The notes beneath the pieces were generated by a model that was not told the DNA's origin, made no database searches, and saw nothing but the letters and a program-made list of their open reading frames with translations. The translations under genes and the position numbers were made by a program. DNA of 42,060 nt from Paraglomus brasilianum (Eukaryota), in assembly GCA_910592345.1 (NCBI GenBank), contig CAJVPI010000214.1, positions 1 to 42,060 on the forward strand. Reading direction: 5' to 3'. This document shows positions 24,656-37,678 of the stretch, piece by piece (the stretch's first letter is position 1; each line of letters opens with the position of its first letter).

Positions 24656-26957
24656 CTACCAATTTTGATTACTACTGCTTCCTCCTGTAGCTGCCTTGGC
24701 TTTTTCGAGTAATTGCTTCTTCGTCTTCAATTCATGTTCTTGTTTTTCAACGTGTCGTTTTAGATCGTGAAGACTGACAATTGCCTTTTGTAACTCGATC
24801 CATTTGGCACACACATTTTCTGTGGGCATTGATGGCCGAATACCTGTTGGAATAATGCGGCAATTTCAGCGTAGAAAAGGTTAGTCTGATATTATGTGCT
24901 GTTATAGATCACAACAAATTTTGTATCTACTTGTTGGTATTCTACCAACTGCTAACCGTATAATAAATGTATTTTGCTTACCAAGTCCAGCTTCCTGTAA
25001 ATACTTGCTAACTTTCGTAATAGCCCCTTGTTTGACTTGAGGAATCTTTTGACTACGAACAATTACACCAGGAGGCAATTTTTCTCGTCGTACATGTTCA
25101 ACAGGTGGATGAGCTTCAATAGATGATAAATTTTGAATTGGATATATCGCATGCAAGAGAATGCATTCAAACTCTTAAAATAAATACCCTCAACAACGGC
25201 ACTCGTCCCAACCGATGATGCAGATGCTCTTCTACTCTTCTTGGGTAATGATTCCGAAGCTGGCACTGAAATCACTGGCGTGACTATTTCAGTTGCGGGT
25301 GCGGATGAGCCGTTCGTCATTGATCGTTTTCGTTTCTAGTCATGATTGTAATGAGACAATGTTAGATATACATGCATACATATGTACATCGGATAGGGTA
25401 AAGATAAATAGTTTCGTGTGCATATACATGCTGACAGAACAAGGACGGTCAATAAGTTTATCGGCATTACCACTGCTGTTGATATATCCTGGAATGCGAG
25501 TGATTTTATTAAAGCCTCGCGTTCTTTGGCGAATTTCTTCTCATTTTGTTCTATACGTTCGTATTCCTCTAACAAGGATTCCTCTTCCTAGAGATTGTTT
25601 AAGCTTTAGTTATGCTTAACTCACGCGAAATATTCATAATGTGTAGCGATTACGTACTTTGATTTGATCGGGCGTACGAGTGAATAACATGCATAGATTT
25701 CTCTTTCTGTCTACTTCTCTATCTAAAAGATAAAAATTGAATAAATGGACTGCGATAAGCAGAGATAAGAAACTATGGAAAAATGGATACATACTTTTAT
25801 CGTAATTGTATTTTGCGATTTCAGCTTTATCCTGTCCGGGCCGCTGTTGTATTATTTTACGCTGTACGAAATAAAAGCGATCTTTTAGATCCTTTTATTG
25901 ATGAAAATCGTGCGATTAGTTATCCAAATACTCGTAAAGTGCGTGACTTGTAAGAAATTTTGAAATTCGAGTATATCACCTCCATCGTTCTTCTCTTCCC
26001 AGGACATTCATATCTGTCATATATTATCATAAATCTTCCATCATATCGCTTATATAAATCGAATAAATAATCGGTCTCTTCCTTTGTCCAATCACGATCT
26101 TTGATATCAGATGAAAATTAGCAAATACTGTGGTCATAAACCAAAGTCTCTATCGAAATTCCAATTACCTAGGAGATGTTTATGATACTCTTCGTCCGTA
26201 TACTGTACAACCTCAAGATTCTGAAATTCCTGCAAACCATCTTCTCCGTGGTATGCGAAAGCATTGCAATATGTCAGCAGTCCAACAAATAGAATATGTC
26301 TCACACAATTATAGTGAAGACATTACCAGTGATATTACTATTTATATCCTTCGTCCACCGAAGTAAAGCCAATTGATCTGTTCGTCCAGGATGAACAAAT
26401 TCGCGCAGCTCCCTTTGTTGTAATATCGATCTCAGTACATGGAAAGAATAGATTCAAAAGCAACCTCACTTATGAACTAACCAATGTGCTGCCTTGAGTC
26501 TTAGGTTAGGCTTCTGTTTGTATGTTGGTTTGGTGAATGCAACAGGCGGCGCTCCACCAATAAGTTGGAATAGTTCCCGGCTTATACCCTCTACACGTTG
26601 AATATATTAATTACGGCATCAATTGAAAATGAAGCAAATAAATACTGTCGCATTGATACGCTAATGGTTAATCTACACAACAACTATCAACAAAAGTAAC
26701 ATAGTAAGAGTTTGACGTGGCAGTAGTGACCTCCTAAAGGAAAAAAGATTATTATTCCTCGATTAAAGAGGCCCCTCAAGGGTCACTTCGCCGACAATCT
26801 CACTCTAGATCTAGCTACAGGTTATGCAAACCTTGTCAAAATAACACAAACCAGGTTTCTTTTCTTTTTCGGGCTTTGTTGATTTCTTCGGTGTACCCTC
26901 TGCACTTGGGGCAGGCCTGCTGATCTGAAGTATGTCTCGAACGTCGCTTGTAGCCAT
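24656..26957 (-). CDS. SWC4: SWR1/NuA4 complex subunit Swc4/Eaf2 (DMAP1 homolog), multi-exon
   Basis: Spliced translation gives 'MATSDVRDIL', 'EGISRELFQLIG', 'YTDEEYHKHL', the SANT region 'WTKEETDYLFDLYKRYDGRFMIIYDRY...RTMEDLKDRFY', and 'LPPGVIVRSQK', 'MPTENVCAKW'. Introns checked are GT-AG. Confidence 0.92.
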
Positions 26958-27083
26958 TTTGAATGAAAGAGTTGTTGAAAAAGTTAATAGTGTAATTGTG
27001 AAAACCGAAACTTCAGATAATCACGTGTCACATTCAATACTTCGTACTCATCAAACCAACTCTCGTCATCTTCAAAAAAAAAA
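26958..27083. promoter_or_regulatory. 126-bp bidirectional promoter with central TCACGTG E-box
   Basis: Divergent ATGs at 26957 (-) and 27084 (+). TCACGTG at 27021-27027. Confidence 0.55.
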
Positions 27084-27759
27084 ATGTCAACCTCTCGCGC
27101 CGTTGCAGCTCTCGACTGGACAAAGCTCACTGTCTCCCTGGGTTTACAGAAAGAGACAGTTGCTGCTTTGATTGCTTTTCGTAAGCGTAACGAAGAAGCA
27201 AAGAGAGTTGTCACTGCGCTTAAGGAACAAAAGACTGATGTAGATTTCGAGCATTATAGAAAGTTATTGAAGAACTCGGTAATCGTAAATGAAGCAGAAA
27301 AGAATTTGAAGGCGTTCAAGCCAAATAAGGTTGACTTGGCCAAACAGTTAAAAATAATTGACGAATTTGAAGCGAAAGCGGTAAGATTAAACATTATAAA
27401 ATCACGCTCTACGTTAAGTCCATAAATTCATCGTTCAAACGGACAAATTTTTTTTGTAAAGGTTGCTAAAGCCCAAAGAACTGCTTCAAAAGTGGATGCT
27501 GAACTTAATGACCTACAAAAAGCGCTTGTCAACATTGAGCAAGCGCGACCGTTCGAAGATCTCACGGTACGAATCGACGATTACGTCTCATCTTTTGCTA
27601 TATCATAAATTATTTTTATTCATGTATTTTCTCTGTCCTTAGGTTGCCGATGTAGTTGGAGCAAAACCAGAGATTAATGTGGCTCTAGAGAAAATGATGA
27701 AACGAGGCCAATGGGAAGTGCCTGGTTATGAGGAGAAGTTTGGAGGCGGCCCAAGTTAA
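27084..27759 (+). CDS. ATP7: Mitochondrial ATP synthase subunit d; 172 aa, 3 exons
   Basis: Exons 27084-27380, 27462-27566 and 27643-27759. Motifs 'LDWTKL...AFRKRNEEAKR...VDFEHYRKLLKN', 'NIEQARPFEDLTV' and 'GQWEVPGYEEKFG'. Confidence 0.96.
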
Positions 27760-28549
27760 AGAATCTTATTATGATAGTAAACTTCCAGGCCAAAAACAAT
27801 CGCATTATAGTAATTTACCCATGTACAAGTTGCAGGGAGCATTCGGCGAATATGTAATGGTTAATCGCCCAATAGAGTCTTTAACAGCTTTGCAACCCAA
27901 AAGAAACAATGCCCAAACTTTACTAAAGAATTAAAGATTATGTGTTTGCCCAGCCAAATTCTTGGTAGATGAGTCAAACGTAGATGGGGACTCGCCCGAA
28001 AAGTTAAATGTCAAGCTACTCGCAGAATTGTAACAGCTTGTAAAGCATCTGTATCTGCATAACCGGATTTGCACATAACATTTGTAACCTGGGGATAAAT
28101 GTTAAGACAGAAACAGTCCCAAAGCCGATCAAATAAACAGTGCGACAGAATGGTATTATGATACAGTACGCACTCTTCCCTTACGGCCGGCCTGCGTTGC
28201 GGGTCGGAGACTCTAAACGTAACACTGAAAATAAATGGAACGCTATGCATTGCTACAATTCGCGTGACAGATTAATATAAGACACGAAACCAGATGCCAA
28301 GATAAAGAATTATAGCCCACATAACAGTAAATATTTTTTTAGTTCTGGCTTATCCTTTTGACAGAATGCATTGGGAGTGTTGTCTGTAAAGGCAAACCGT
28401 CCTCTTGATACGCGTAGTTACATCTTTATCTCGATATTGCATGTGTATCAACGTTGTAGAGTTATGGTATACTAGAATTCATTTACGTAAAAGTTTTGAC
28501 AATATATTTATTTCTTGAAGATGTACATAATAGTTTTAAAATAGATTGT

Positions 28550-29200
28550 TGCATCCCTTCAAATTGCTCCCTGCCTATTTCTATACGATGTTTCAGCCTT
28601 TTTTACCAATTCTGAAATAGAAAGGCTTTATAGTAACCCTCTTTTTGATATGTCATGAGACTGCCTGGACAGCTTGTGGAAGACTTTCAATCTTCTAAAA
28701 CTTTTTTTGCTCTTTATTCTAAAAAATCACAAGAAACTAGATCTGGATTGTGATAAAGATGTGGCATTAATTAGACTCTTTCTCTCCTTAAGCAACTTCT
28801 GCTTTATTATTATGAGGTGGTGCATTGTCATGACGTATGAAATCCATCTTGAACACACTTTATTGAAATCGAGTTGACTATGTAAGATGTACTCAATTCT
28901 TTCTTCAGAAATCCCAATTTGCTCCTCTATCATTCTTACAGTTATGGGGGATTATCATTTATCAGTTTCTCCACCTTTGCAATTTTTTTGCAGGCAACAG
29001 TTTCACGAGAATGCCGCAAGCAGGGAGTCATCTTTAATTATAATGTTCTCATCTCCATCTTCAAATATGCTTCAATCCACCAGCAAATACTGAAATAGTG
29101 CATTCAGACAGTGCATTGGATCTTTCAACAACTCTCAACCCTTGGTAAATTTGTTTTGTAGTTTGACCGTTTTTCTAGATGCAATAATGTTGGCGTTCTC
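28550..29200 (-). mobile_element. Degenerate mariner-type transposase relic
   Basis: 'IEEQIGISEERIEYILHSQLDFNKVCSRWI' resembles the mariner HTH and WVP linker, with an upstream 'FEDGDENI' segment. Heavily disrupted; boundaries approximate. Confidence 0.7.
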
Positions 29201-30256
29201 ACGTAATATTCTCCATAGTTTAGGGTAAGGATTTTTAATTACATTATTAATTTATTTGAGTAGTTGCACAAATCATCAAGATAAATATTCAGACACCCTA
29301 ATCCTTAAATACTGTGAGTATACGTTTTGTTGACAATCTTTCAAAATTTACCTACTGTAATGACGGTTTTCATAAATTAAAAAAGTCTTATTAGTCTAAT
29401 TACTGTATGTTATGCACTCCAACCATGCTTTTCGGAGACATCACGAAGGAACAAGTAACCAATTTTTTGTGCTATGCACTCGAAAATCAAAAATAACATC
29501 AATAACACGTCAGCATGCATAATAATTATACAATGTTTCTATTCCAACGTTCTCTTCTACGCTAAAAGAGAGAATCAGTTTAGCGTACGTGAGGGCTGAG
29601 GACCTCCAATGTATCACTCGCAGGCTGCGCTCGTCTTGACAACCACTTAAAACCTCGTCGAAGACGATACTCCGAACCTGGAGGAGCGCAGGAAAGGGCG
29701 TTTTCTGGTCTATGTGCTCGCAGTATGGTTCGTAAGTCGTCGCGTGGCCCGTGGGGGATGTTCGATCGACAGATATTACTTGATGAATTGCCAGCGAAGG
29801 CACAAACGCTTGTTCAGAATCTTGAAGATTATATTATTGCAGTAGTGTTGTACGGGCGGTGTTGTTATTGTTGTCCTTAGGTATGATCGTATTATAAGAA
29901 CGTTGCTGGGATTTCATCGATAATCGTTCGTACAACTGATTAAGCTGTAAACTTAAATAAGTTCAGCATATTGCCGAAAGCTAGAGATTACCAAACTGAA
30001 TTTCTACCATTAAAGACATTAGGGATCATAGTGAATGTCAGTTGAATATTTCAAATCGTAAGTTTATTAGTTGTTTTCCATCGTATTTATTCGAACCTAC
30101 AAGTATTATTCCACCGTAAGAGCTATTCCATTATTCCTACTGCGGCATAGCTATTCTAAATATTTACATGTTTGTGTAGTACATTTAAGTGATCATCTGA
30201 CCGTTCTCGCCTTCTAAATTTACTCCTTAACTCATTTCCTTTTCTCTCTCAATAAT

Positions 30257-30768
30257 ATGTCTAACAAAAGAAGACAAAGACACTTTGCCATTTCTCATTC
30301 TGCTAATAAAAAGCCAAGATATGCCCATAATTCGGGTTTAGAACTGCTTTCTTCTTCGGAGGATGATACTGATCCATTTCCTCAATTGCTCCTTCTGTTT
30401 CGCGGGGATCTTCATGTCCTCGATGTATAATTCTTAATAACGAAATCAAGTGGCTTCGTTCCCGTATCGAAAAGTATGAAGAAAGAATGCAAGCGCGTAT
30501 CGATAAATTGGAACGGCTTCTTGTATTGGCTTTGAATGGGCAAAAAGACGTCAATAGTGGATTCGGCGTTCCTTCGTCTTGTCCTTCAATGGTATCTTCC
30601 ATTCCCGAGGATGCCGTAAATTTTGGAGAAATAACCGTTTCTTCTATGGAAAGTCCAGATATTTCCGTGGCTACTGAGGCATCGGTTTTTCCAGAGGCGT
30701 CAATTTTTCCAGAGGCTTTATGGTTTCCAGAAGTCTCTTCTGATAATTTCTTCCCGAAACATTCCTGA
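30257..30768 (+). pseudogene. Frameshifted small coiled-coil ORF of unknown family
   Basis: 'MSNKRRQRH...KKPRY' in one frame continues after an apparent frameshift near 30380 into 'CPRCIILNNEIKWLRSRIEKYEERMQARIDKLERLL', with three 18-bp repeats (EASVFP/EASIFP/EALWFP). Confidence 0.35.
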
Positions 30769-31375
30769 TATTAGATAACGAATATGTATAAAGTAATCAT
30801 ATATAATAATAATGTAATAACATAATATGATATTGAAATGTATAAAAAATAATCATGTTGCTATAAATAAAGTATATTAAATGATTGCACAAATATCTTG
30901 GTAAGGGGTACGAACAAATTTATCCAAATAAGGAGGTATTTCCATTTGTCGAATTATTCATCGTGAAACAAATAATTTAAGGGTAAATTTTTCCAATTAA
31001 CCAAATACTAAATTCTTCAATAAAATATTTTCAAACAAGATTTTCCAATAAAATATTTTCTCGCTTTTTACTAACACCTCTCGTAGAACATAATTTGGCG
31101 GTTCCGACTGTGTTCGTTTATGGATTCATATTATTATATGGTCCCATTACTATGGGAAATTAACAAATTGACGTCCTATATATACCAGTGGTATTTTACA
31201 ACCCCGTTGTACTATGCATGGAGTGGTACTTTGTGATAAATCGCTATTTTATTGACTGTAACGTACTTAAAATTTCTGTTAAAGAGATGACATTAGCATT
31301 GATTAAACCAACAAGGAGAATGATATTTTTAAAGAAGTAGATGGTTTTAGGAATATATAAACATGTTTAATAATA

Positions 31376-31810
31376 CAGTCAAAGCTCGTTATAATAGACA
31401 GTTGGGCATAACCCATGGATGCCATTATAACGCGAGTCCACAATAACGTGCATGATTTGTTATAATGGACTTCTTAATATTGCACGTGTAATTCCATTAT
31501 AGTGCGATTTTTTCCATACTATAAATTCACTTAATAATAAATGTCATCAGAATATTCCTTGTAAGTGAAAGACTTAGTCACAATCTTTATTGCACTCAAC
31601 AAAAATAACAGTTATATCAATCGTTACATGATACATATGTCATGTAGACAACGATATTACAGCAACAAAGCTTATTTATCGATAAAGCTATCCAGCCGTA
31701 GCTTCGTCAGATGGAGCACTTCTCGCCTCTCCATGCTTCGTATATTCACGAAGGTTATATTTCTTCTTGAACTTTGTAATCCACCCGTCGGACGCTTTAA
31801 ACCATTCAAT
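31376..31810 (-). mobile_element. pogo/Tigger-family transposon relic
   Basis: TA|CAGTCAAAGCTCGTTATAA terminus at 31376. Minus-strand 'FKASDGWITKFKKKYNLREYTKHGEARSAP' is the CENP-B-type HTH signature. Confidence 0.8.
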
Positions 31811-31826
31811 ACTGAGAAGCAGGAGA

Positions 31827-31870
31827 GAGAGCAGAATAGAGAGCAGCATAGAGAGCAGCATAGAGAGCAA
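31827..31870. repeat. 12-bp tandem repeat GAGAGCAGCATA, about 3.7 copies
   Basis: Direct reading. Confidence 0.85.
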
Positions 31871-32687
31871 GAGAAAGAAAAGACATGCTAATATAACCCA
31901 TAATGCCAATTTTACCACCGACGGGTATAATGCACGAGTTAGAACTAAGCAAAATATAATTGAGGAGTTAGTTGAGAAATTAAGAGCAGTTAGAATATTA
32001 TAAAAATCAATACCCTGCCAAGACCAAAGAATTAGAACAATATATAGAGCAGGGGGGGTACCATCTAATGCGACGCAGAATGGAGGTGGTGCTAAGGCTA
32101 TCTGGTATATTTGATGCATTGGGTGGTGCTGGTCCATTGAGAGACTCACAGCATCCCTTGAGAGAACTATAATGGAAAGAGACGTGCAATTGAACCAGCG
32201 TGCAGAGAAAATTAGTAAATTTATCGCGTGAGATAAAACTTAACCCGAACGACAAAATCTGTTTATGATTTATTTTTTCACATATACTATCTACGTTTTT
32301 ATTTTATCGATTCCACTAATAAATTTCTATGCTGGACTATTGACAAGCCACTAATGGTCTTGCAAAAAGCTAGGGCTGACAAAATAATTTATATTGCATA
32401 ACATATACGCGTTCGAAGAACTCTTTACTCTTTATACTGTAACAAAATGCTTTCGTCCTATTATAATGTTATTAATACAAACGCCGTTGTTAGGGTGACA
32501 GTTTGGGCTACAAGTGTTGTTTGCTCGTTTACAGGTACATCTTCTGATAGAACAATTTACAGTTATCAGTATGAGCACTTTTATTACCAGTGTTCTGTAA
32601 CCTAATTGCTAGCCGTTAATGAAATTGTTGTTTGCGGAATGTCTGACAGTTCACTATTCCGTGCATCAGATTTCCTGTAAGAGTGTA

Positions 32688-33572
32688 CGTGGAGGGGGAG
32701 CTGAAAATTTTGCGCGTGGACCTTTATTTTCAGAAATTTCATAATAATTATCGATACAACTATTTCATTCCCTCAAAGTACTCTCCATGCAACGTTGCAG
32801 ACGATTCTGCTAATTCTGGAAAGACTTCTCATAGTAATAGTCGGCTTTTTGGATGGTTTCAGCAACTGCCTGAGCAACCCTTGCCAAATTTCAACCTTAT
32901 CAAATCTTTTCCCCTTCAGTTTTTCTTGATTCGAGGGAATAAGAAAAAATCACAAGGAATACAGTCTGAACTGTATGGCAAGTGGGGGAAAAGTTCCCAC
33001 ACGTTCGTGATAAATATACTCCGTTATGATCGTTGCCTTATGTGGTGCAATGAAGCATGACGTTCTTCCCTTTTTTTCTGGAGGCTCAGCTCATTAGCAA
33101 AATGTAGGAAATTTTTTCACTTTCGTTGGCTAATTTTTTAATAAAAATGCGCGGGTTATTGCTAACAATATCCTCGACCTTGGCAATTTTTCTGACGTCA
33201 CGGCTTTGCGAGGACGTCCAAAACAAGCCTTGTCTTTAATTTCTTCTTACCTGCCTTTGAATATAGCAATCCAGCGTCTAATTGTGCTAATAGGCAATAC
33301 TTGTTCCTTTTCTACGTTCACCAACTCTTCGTGGCATTTCCCAAGAAGCGAAAATAAAGTATCGTTAGCTCTTACGGCTCTTTTTTTTCCAGCCGGTTTA
33401 CTATGGTTTACAAAAAAAAAAAATAATAGTTTCTCGACAATGAGATAATGCATTTGCCTCTACTTTTGTTTTACATGAAAGCACGCGCATTTTATGATTA
33501 TTCCAATTTTTAGTTAAACTGATGCAATCTCGAGTTAGAGGGCCACACACAAAACTTTTCAGTCCCCCCACG
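32688..33572 (-). mobile_element. Internally deleted mariner element with both TIRs
   Basis: TA|CGTGGAGGGGGAGCTGAAAATTTTGCGCGTGG versus the reverse complement of the right end, CGTGGGGGGACTGAAAAGTTTTGTGTGTGG, then TA. Transposase relic 'CHEELVNV...STIRRWIAIFKGR...IKDKACFGRPRKAVTSE'. Confidence 0.88.
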
Positions 33573-34169
33573 TAAATGGTGACCTGATCTTTACAATTTA
33601 TTGGTTGGTATAGGTATTGGTTTATCCTATCCAATCTAAACAGCATACCAATCGTTACAAGAGTTCTGAATAATATTCTGGTGAGTGGAAAGCAATTGAG
33701 TTAGAATGTACCTCACTAAGCAATACTCACTAAGAAATACTGGCAAGAATAAGATATACGTCTATTGAATACTTTTGGTAATAGTAAGCATCTTGCTGAC
33801 GAACGTCAAAACTGAAACCGAAGACGTTGACTTTTCAGAAACTGTATCCTTTGTTTCACTTAGGTAGTAGATGTGTTAAAATTGGTATTAGCAGTACACG
33901 TAGCAGGTAGCTTAGAAATAAGTCTTCCACTACTTTACAGAAACTTGCATATTAATATTTGCAGGACGTTGTGCTGATAACCATGTGACATTTACAATCA
34001 GAAAATATTGCAAACATCTCGTCATGATATCACCAACAAATTGCTAAATTTCTATTAGTATCCTGGCAATCTTGTCACGAGATTCTGCTAGATTGTTCAA
34101 CTTCGGCACATCTTCACGATACACTAAAATTAGAATCCTCATGGCGATCTCATTACGTGATGCCTGTTA

Positions 34170-34465
34170 CCGTAGAGCACTGAATATAGTACCCCGGGTA
34201 CATATATAGAACACCTCAAGTTTTTGAATTGTACCCGGGGGGATGTACCGGGGGTACTATGTACGGAGGAGGGTACTATTTTAGGGGGGTACTTTGAAAT
34301 TCCTCGCATTGTACTATTACCATAGTATATGTAACACGTGACGTACGATAAACTATTTGTACCCGGGTACATTTCAAAAACTTTACCAAAAATTCCTGAA
34401 TTGTACCCGGGTCCTAATTTAGGGGAATACTATTTAAGGGGGGTACTGTATTCAGTGCTCTACGG
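34170..34465. mobile_element. Tc2/pogo-like MITE, 296 bp
   Basis: TA|CCGTAGAGCACTGAATATAGTACCCC ... GGGGTACTGTATTCAGTGCTCTACGG|TA, with internal GTACCCGGG and GGGGTACT repeats. Confidence 0.9.
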
Positions 34466-35072
34466 TAGATAGTGGTGATCTTATTCTGATGTCACAGAGA
34501 GATTTATAAAAACTACAAGTTTCTGTAAGGTACTGACCCTGAGGCATTAAGATCTGATTGGTTTCATGGGTATTGGTTTTATGTGACTCAATAAAGTGTA
34601 TTAGTGTGTTTATTTAGGGTGCTCAAATATTCATCTATCGTTGTTTGCTTACCGAATTTAACCTAATGTAACGTTCAAGCACTCTCACATGTTTTAGAGT
34701 CTCGTTGAACTTCTTTCAGGCATGTTTATTAAGTTACGTGAAATCGCGGGCAGAGATCATATTTTTAATAATATTGGGGTCCGTGTAATGCAGATCGTCC
34801 GTGTTACTATAAATATCCAATAAATAAGACGTGTACGAGTTTCTCAAATTTTTCGCGTCAAAATACAAATTCTGCAGCAATGACAAAAGCTATGGTAGAA
34901 GCAGTTGAATGTTACCTTCGGGAAATCCCCCAGAATGAATGGTCGCACGTTCACCGCTTACAGTCTTTAATAATAAAGCCCTTTATTACGTCGGCGATCA
35001 TGGAAGTAAGTATAGCAAGGGCAACACAAACAATGGTTATGATATACCTAAACAAATTAATTTTACAAAATT

Positions 35073-36552
35073 ATGTCAAAGTTTGAAGAACCGAGTCCAT
35101 CATTATCGGTTAAATTGCCCAACTTAGATCTAGACTCTACAACTCTACCAACCGATATTGTGCAGAAGCAAGATACTGAAGTTAATGCAGAGACCAATGA
35201 AACTACGCTGAAGCAAATCGCTGAAGACCCAACTTGCAAATTTAGCGTGGCGTCGAGTGGAATTACGCAGGAACTTGAGAAGATTGAAACAGCTACTAAT
35301 GCATCTCAGACTATAGCTGCTAAAAATCTTGTACAAGAGTTGGACGGTGATTTAAAGGTATGGCTTAATTGGACGATATATTCAACAGAATTGATTGATC
35401 AGCATATGTTTATGAAAGTGGATCGAACTTCTTTAGGATCCCTTGCAAGAGGCAACTGAACAGATTCAAAAACTTTTAAAAGCATTAGATAAATCTCATA
35501 GTGACCTTGCGGCGGTAACGGAACATTGTGCCAGGTTGCAAAAGCGTCTTGATGAGTCAGAAGCAGAAAGGAAGGCTAATGAACGCGAAGCTTCACCATT
35601 AGTAAGTTAATCGCTCGTAAACATGCTACGGATAAGCATCACCATTTATTCTATTTATTAAATTAGTTGCAGAGGACGAGAACTTATGAAGGAAATCATG
35701 ATGGTTCGAATGCAGAAACGGTAATGATGAAACCAAGTTCTGTCAAAACTAAGTTTTATAGAATGTGTGAATGTTTATATGAGATATTTGATACTTTCGC
35801 AGATTGAACGTCTCGATGAATCGAAAGAACTCGAAAAATTAAAGGAGGAAAACGAACAACTTAAATTAGAATTGCAAGCTTGTAAGAAGGAGACCAGACC
35901 ATTTACAAAGATGTATTTTCGAGGTAAAAGAACGCGACAGTCATCAAATTTTCAGCCAATCATTTAAATAATTGACATTTCTTTTACCAGAGTCGAAATC
36001 TAGACTGGAGGAAATTCGAAAGGACAGACTTTACAGTAGACTTCAGTTGTCCAAGGTCGACGAAGCTGACACAAAGATCCTTGCTGAGATAATAAAGGTA
36101 TACAATCATTATTTGATACATTGATCCGTCTTCTTTGTCTTCCTAATACATAACTTCTTCAATTCAAAACATAACAGGAGCTTATGCTTACCTTAAAGCT
36201 CGAAAAAATCGACCAGCTTGTTCCGACAATCGACCAGTTGGACAAAGTGATGCGTATTATACCTCAACTCCGAGAGTTTATCAATAATGTTGTCTTTCTT
36301 GCGACAAGCTATAATGGATATCGGACTGGTTTAAGCCATAATTTCTCTACTTATAGATCTCCAGCACTAACGAGATCTCATAGTGCAAATACGACTTTGA
36401 GTAATCTGCTGAACGTCCCATCTGAGCAAACGTTAAACGCAACGTTGGATACGCTTTCACAGTGGAGAGATGCTATAAGGAATATGGAATCGTTTGCTAC
36501 GCAAATATTGCAGGCCTCGCACACTAATTGGAATAAGTATCATCATTGTTGA
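35073..36552 (+). CDS. Coiled-coil protein with CEP70-like C-terminal region; 368 aa, 6 exons
   Basis: Exons 35073-35357, 35437-35601, 35667-35720, 35803-35923, 35991-36097 and 36178-36552 join in frame via GT-AG introns. 'DRLYSRLQLSKVDEADTKILAEIIKELMLTLKLEKIDQLVPTIDQLDKVMRIIPQLREFINNV...TLSQW' recalls CEP70/CRC70. The gene model is firm; the family call is tentative. Confidence 0.6.
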
Positions 36553-37180
36553 TGTATAGATGGTAGTCTCAGCGCGTATGTTCATTGGAGTAATCGATTT
36601 CATGGCGAGGTGAATAGTAACCACATTAAAAGTTAATAATATCCGTGTTATCAAATATCCCTTACGTGATGGCCATTATTGGTACAGACAATTAATTATG
36701 TTTTCAAAAGACTTCTGCTGAGCCAGCAGTTCTAGTCTCCCCGCCATTCGTTCGTTGTAAGTTATTCTTCTATTTGCTCACAACACAGTGGCAAGAAAAT
36801 GATCTTACGACCGCACATTAGAATCTGGTTAATGATAACATCTTACATCTGATTGGGGTAAACAGAGGCTAGTTGCAACATATAAAGAGGCGTGATAAAT
36901 ATGAGTGTCAGAGGAAAAAAGGGCGTCTACAATAATCCGCGTTGGGAAATTTTATTTTTATAGCATTCAGTACAACTGATTACACTGTATTTATGACTCA
37001 CTGAAAAAAATATTCAGTGCATTTAAAAAATGAGTATTGATGATACAGAGGCAAATCATATAACTCTATCGAGACCCGTACAGATATCATCCAGACAGTT
37101 GATCCCGTCAAAGCCAAGCTTACGAAGTATTTGATGATAATGTAGTTTTTCACTATCCAAACAAATCGTAGAAAACCTTT

Positions 37181-37678
37181 CTATCTTAATATCAGTATCT
37201 CTTTACGATCGCCTTTATCATTCTGATTGTCTCTATCATTATTGTTCTTATTGTCTCTATCATGATCATTTCTATAATTATCTTCGTGACCATCGTCATT
37301 ATCACGGACTTCCTCCTCATCATCTTCTTTGTCACCATCCCGCTCATATGCCCACTCAATCACTGTTTCAATTACACTCTCGTCTTCTCTGTCAACTTCC
37401 GTATCTTCCACGCTTCTAACTTCACTCGCTCCCCTCTGCATATCTTGCATGTTATCCAATTCACCGACATCAATACTAGATCCTACATCTCTCTCAGCAT
37501 TCACTTCGAGTTCCCATAACTTCCTTTCGAGAACAAGAAACCTCGCTTGAAGAGGCTCTTCGAAATCAGCGTTTGTTGGTGTTGTAGTTACAGCTGGTGT
37601 CTGGGTAGTGAGGGTAGAGGTAGAAGAACAGACTGTGGAAGGAAGGAATGTTGACGAGGTGCCAGAGTCTGTTTCCAT
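37181..37678 (-). CDS. Hypothetical acidic low-complexity protein, possibly truncated
   Basis: 165-aa ATG-initiated ORF with an S/T-rich start, a short helix 'LQARFLVLERKLWELE' and a D/N-rich tail. No recognisable domain. Confidence 0.4.
   Translation of the reverse strand: METDSGTSSTFLPSTVCSSTSTLTTQTPAVTTTPTNADFEEPLQARFLVLERKLWELEVNAERDVGSSIDVGELDNMQDMQRGASEVRSVEDTEVDREDESVIETVIEWAYERDGDKEDDEEEVRDNDDGHEDNYRNDHDRDNKNNNDRDNQNDKGDRKEILILR

Noticed and set aside
31890..32170. Possible IS630/Tc1 catalytic fragment (YNARVRTK...EELVE)
   Set aside because: Similarity too weak to call.
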